Both the position numbers and the translations under genes were made by a program. 64,000 nucleotides of DNA from Macrostomum lignano (lineage: Eukaryota): the NCBI GenBank assembly GCA_002269645.1, contig NIVC01000568.1:372001-436000 (forward strand), written 5' to 3'. This document shows positions 62,497 to 64,000 of this stretch, in pieces (within the stretch, counting starts at the first letter, position 1; every line of letters begins with the position of its first letter). The notes below the pieces were generated by a model that saw only the letters and a program-made list of their open reading frames with translations, ran no database searches and had not been told where the DNA came from.

Positions 62497-64000
62497 TACT
62501 TACTTACTTACTTACTACTGACGGGGGGCGCAGGCGCCGCGAATAGGCCGCGAGGCCCCTATCGCAACCCAAGGTAAAAGAGCACAAGGATTAGCCTTGG
62601 GGTGCGCCCAGTCCCCGCCAGTAGTCGGCAGGTCCGCAGTGGAGGCATCGGCGACCCTCATCCGGCCGGAGTCCCGGACGAAGGCGCGGAGGTCTCGGAT
62701 ATTGTCCGCGGTGGTCAGCTCGTCCATCCGCTGGGGGTGGCCGAGGTATTTGTGCCGCGCCTTGTTGAAGTAAGGGCAGAAGGTGACGTGATGCTCCGCG
62801 GTCTCCTCTCCTATGCCACAGAAGGGACAGGTGGGAGGGCAACCGGTTTGCAACGATATATGTCTCTGGAAGAATCCGTGGCCGGTTAGGACCATGCACA
62901 TCTCCCTGAGGTCGGTTTTGTTAAGCGAAATCAGATAATCAGAGACTTTCCTGTTCAGGTTAGGCATGGCAGAGCGGCTCTGCCTGTACTCGGTGCAGCT
63001 GTTCCAGTGGAGCTGGTGCTGCTGATGGAGCCACCTGTTGATATGGCGGGTGACTTGCGACCTGGGGGTGGGTAGCCTCATCAGACGGTGGTTGCCGTCT
63101 GGGTTGCTGCCCTCCTTGGCGAGAGAGTCCGCGAGCTCGTTGCCCAGGATGTTGCTGTGACCAGGTGTCCAGATAATTCTAATCCTGTTAAGGACTGAGA
63201 GAGATTGCACACTGCGGTGGCATTGAGATACTGTAGCAGCGGAGATATTCTCAGTGGTTAAGGCCTTAATAGCAGCTTGGCTATCAGTGTAGAAATTAAT
63301 GTCAAAATTATTAATGTTCGCCTGAAACAGTTGCTGGGCACACTGCTCAATGGCGCAAATTTCAGCTTGGAAAACTGAGGTGTTCTCACCGAGGTGCAGA
63401 CTTTCCTGGAGAAGCATCTTACCCTCGTGGAAAATGGCAATACCCGCTCCAGCGCGGCCGTTGAACAGCGAGCCGTCGGTGAAGCAGTGAATGCCCTGGC
63501 TGCGCCGGTTCACACCGACATCCAGCGGAATGTTGTCTCGGCCAGGGATGGCGGTCTTGAAGCCCCTCCTGATGTTGAGGGCGGGAGGTCGACTATCCAC
63601 ATTGCCCAGGTCCATGTGGATGTTGTTAAGGTCGCGGCGGACAAAGTCCATATGCGGGATTAATGTTTTCATTGGCATAAAGCCAGAGGGCGCGTTATTT
63701 AACGTTTTATCTCTGATAAGCCGGGAGGCAGACTTCATAGCCTCCGCCCTAATAAATAGGTGAAGCGGAGGTAGGTTAAGGATAGTGTTCAGCCCCTCGT
63801 AAGGGGTGGACGGGTACGCACCTGTGATGGCACGGCAAATGCTGCCCTGAAGCTGGTACAGCCGCTGACGGGCGGCCTTCTGCTCCAGCACGCTAGTCCA
63901 GATGAGACTCGCGTATGTGATACTGGGCCGGATGATGCCGGTATAAATCCAACGGACCGTTCTAGGCGAGAGGCCCCAAGTCGGCCCGATGGCTCTGCGC
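62497..64000 (-). mobile_element. Non-LTR retrotransposon 3' end (LOA/R1-group-like): RT C-terminus, RNase H, CCHC finger
   Basis: Open frame from the window edge: [27 protein letters not shown]...FTDGS...[10 protein letters not shown]...TDSQAA...[19 protein letters not shown]...CPFC...[11 protein letters not shown]; (TAAG)n tail at 62497-62514. Confidence 0.92.

Overview
Eukaryotic (invertebrate animal) genomic DNA with GC-rich exons and introns/intergenic space filled with minisatellites. The style resembles a free-living flatworm such as Macrostomum, but that is inference only. Four protein-coding genes: (1) a giant apolipophorin/apoB-like large lipid transfer protein on the minus strand (ATG 22661, three short exons, then one exon of at least 20 kb running off the left edge; about 7,000 aa or more; one 1-nt frameshift at ~5707); (2) a five-exon TMEM143 orthologue (+, 34073-41260, one 1-nt frameshift in a G run); (3) a two-exon NOS1AP/CAPON orthologue (+, 49423-51173); (4) a strongly reduced ZO-1/polychaetoid-like MAGUK (-, 59388-62062). 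Also present: one tRNA-Ala(AGC), two RTE-type LINE 3' fragments, the 3' end of an RNase H-bearing LOA/R1-group LINE, a small tRNA-headed SINE family, several MITE ends and about 18 tandem arrays. The most unusual element is a pair of ~300-bp MITE-like insertions, each with an 8-bp target-site duplication. They have different termini but share a core holding a 64-nt copy of the 28S rRNA helix 69-71 region (the R2 / I-PpoI target), altered mainly at the R2 cleavage site. No prokaryotic features or CRISPR arrays were seen. All similarities were judged by eye from remembered family motifs; no database search was run.
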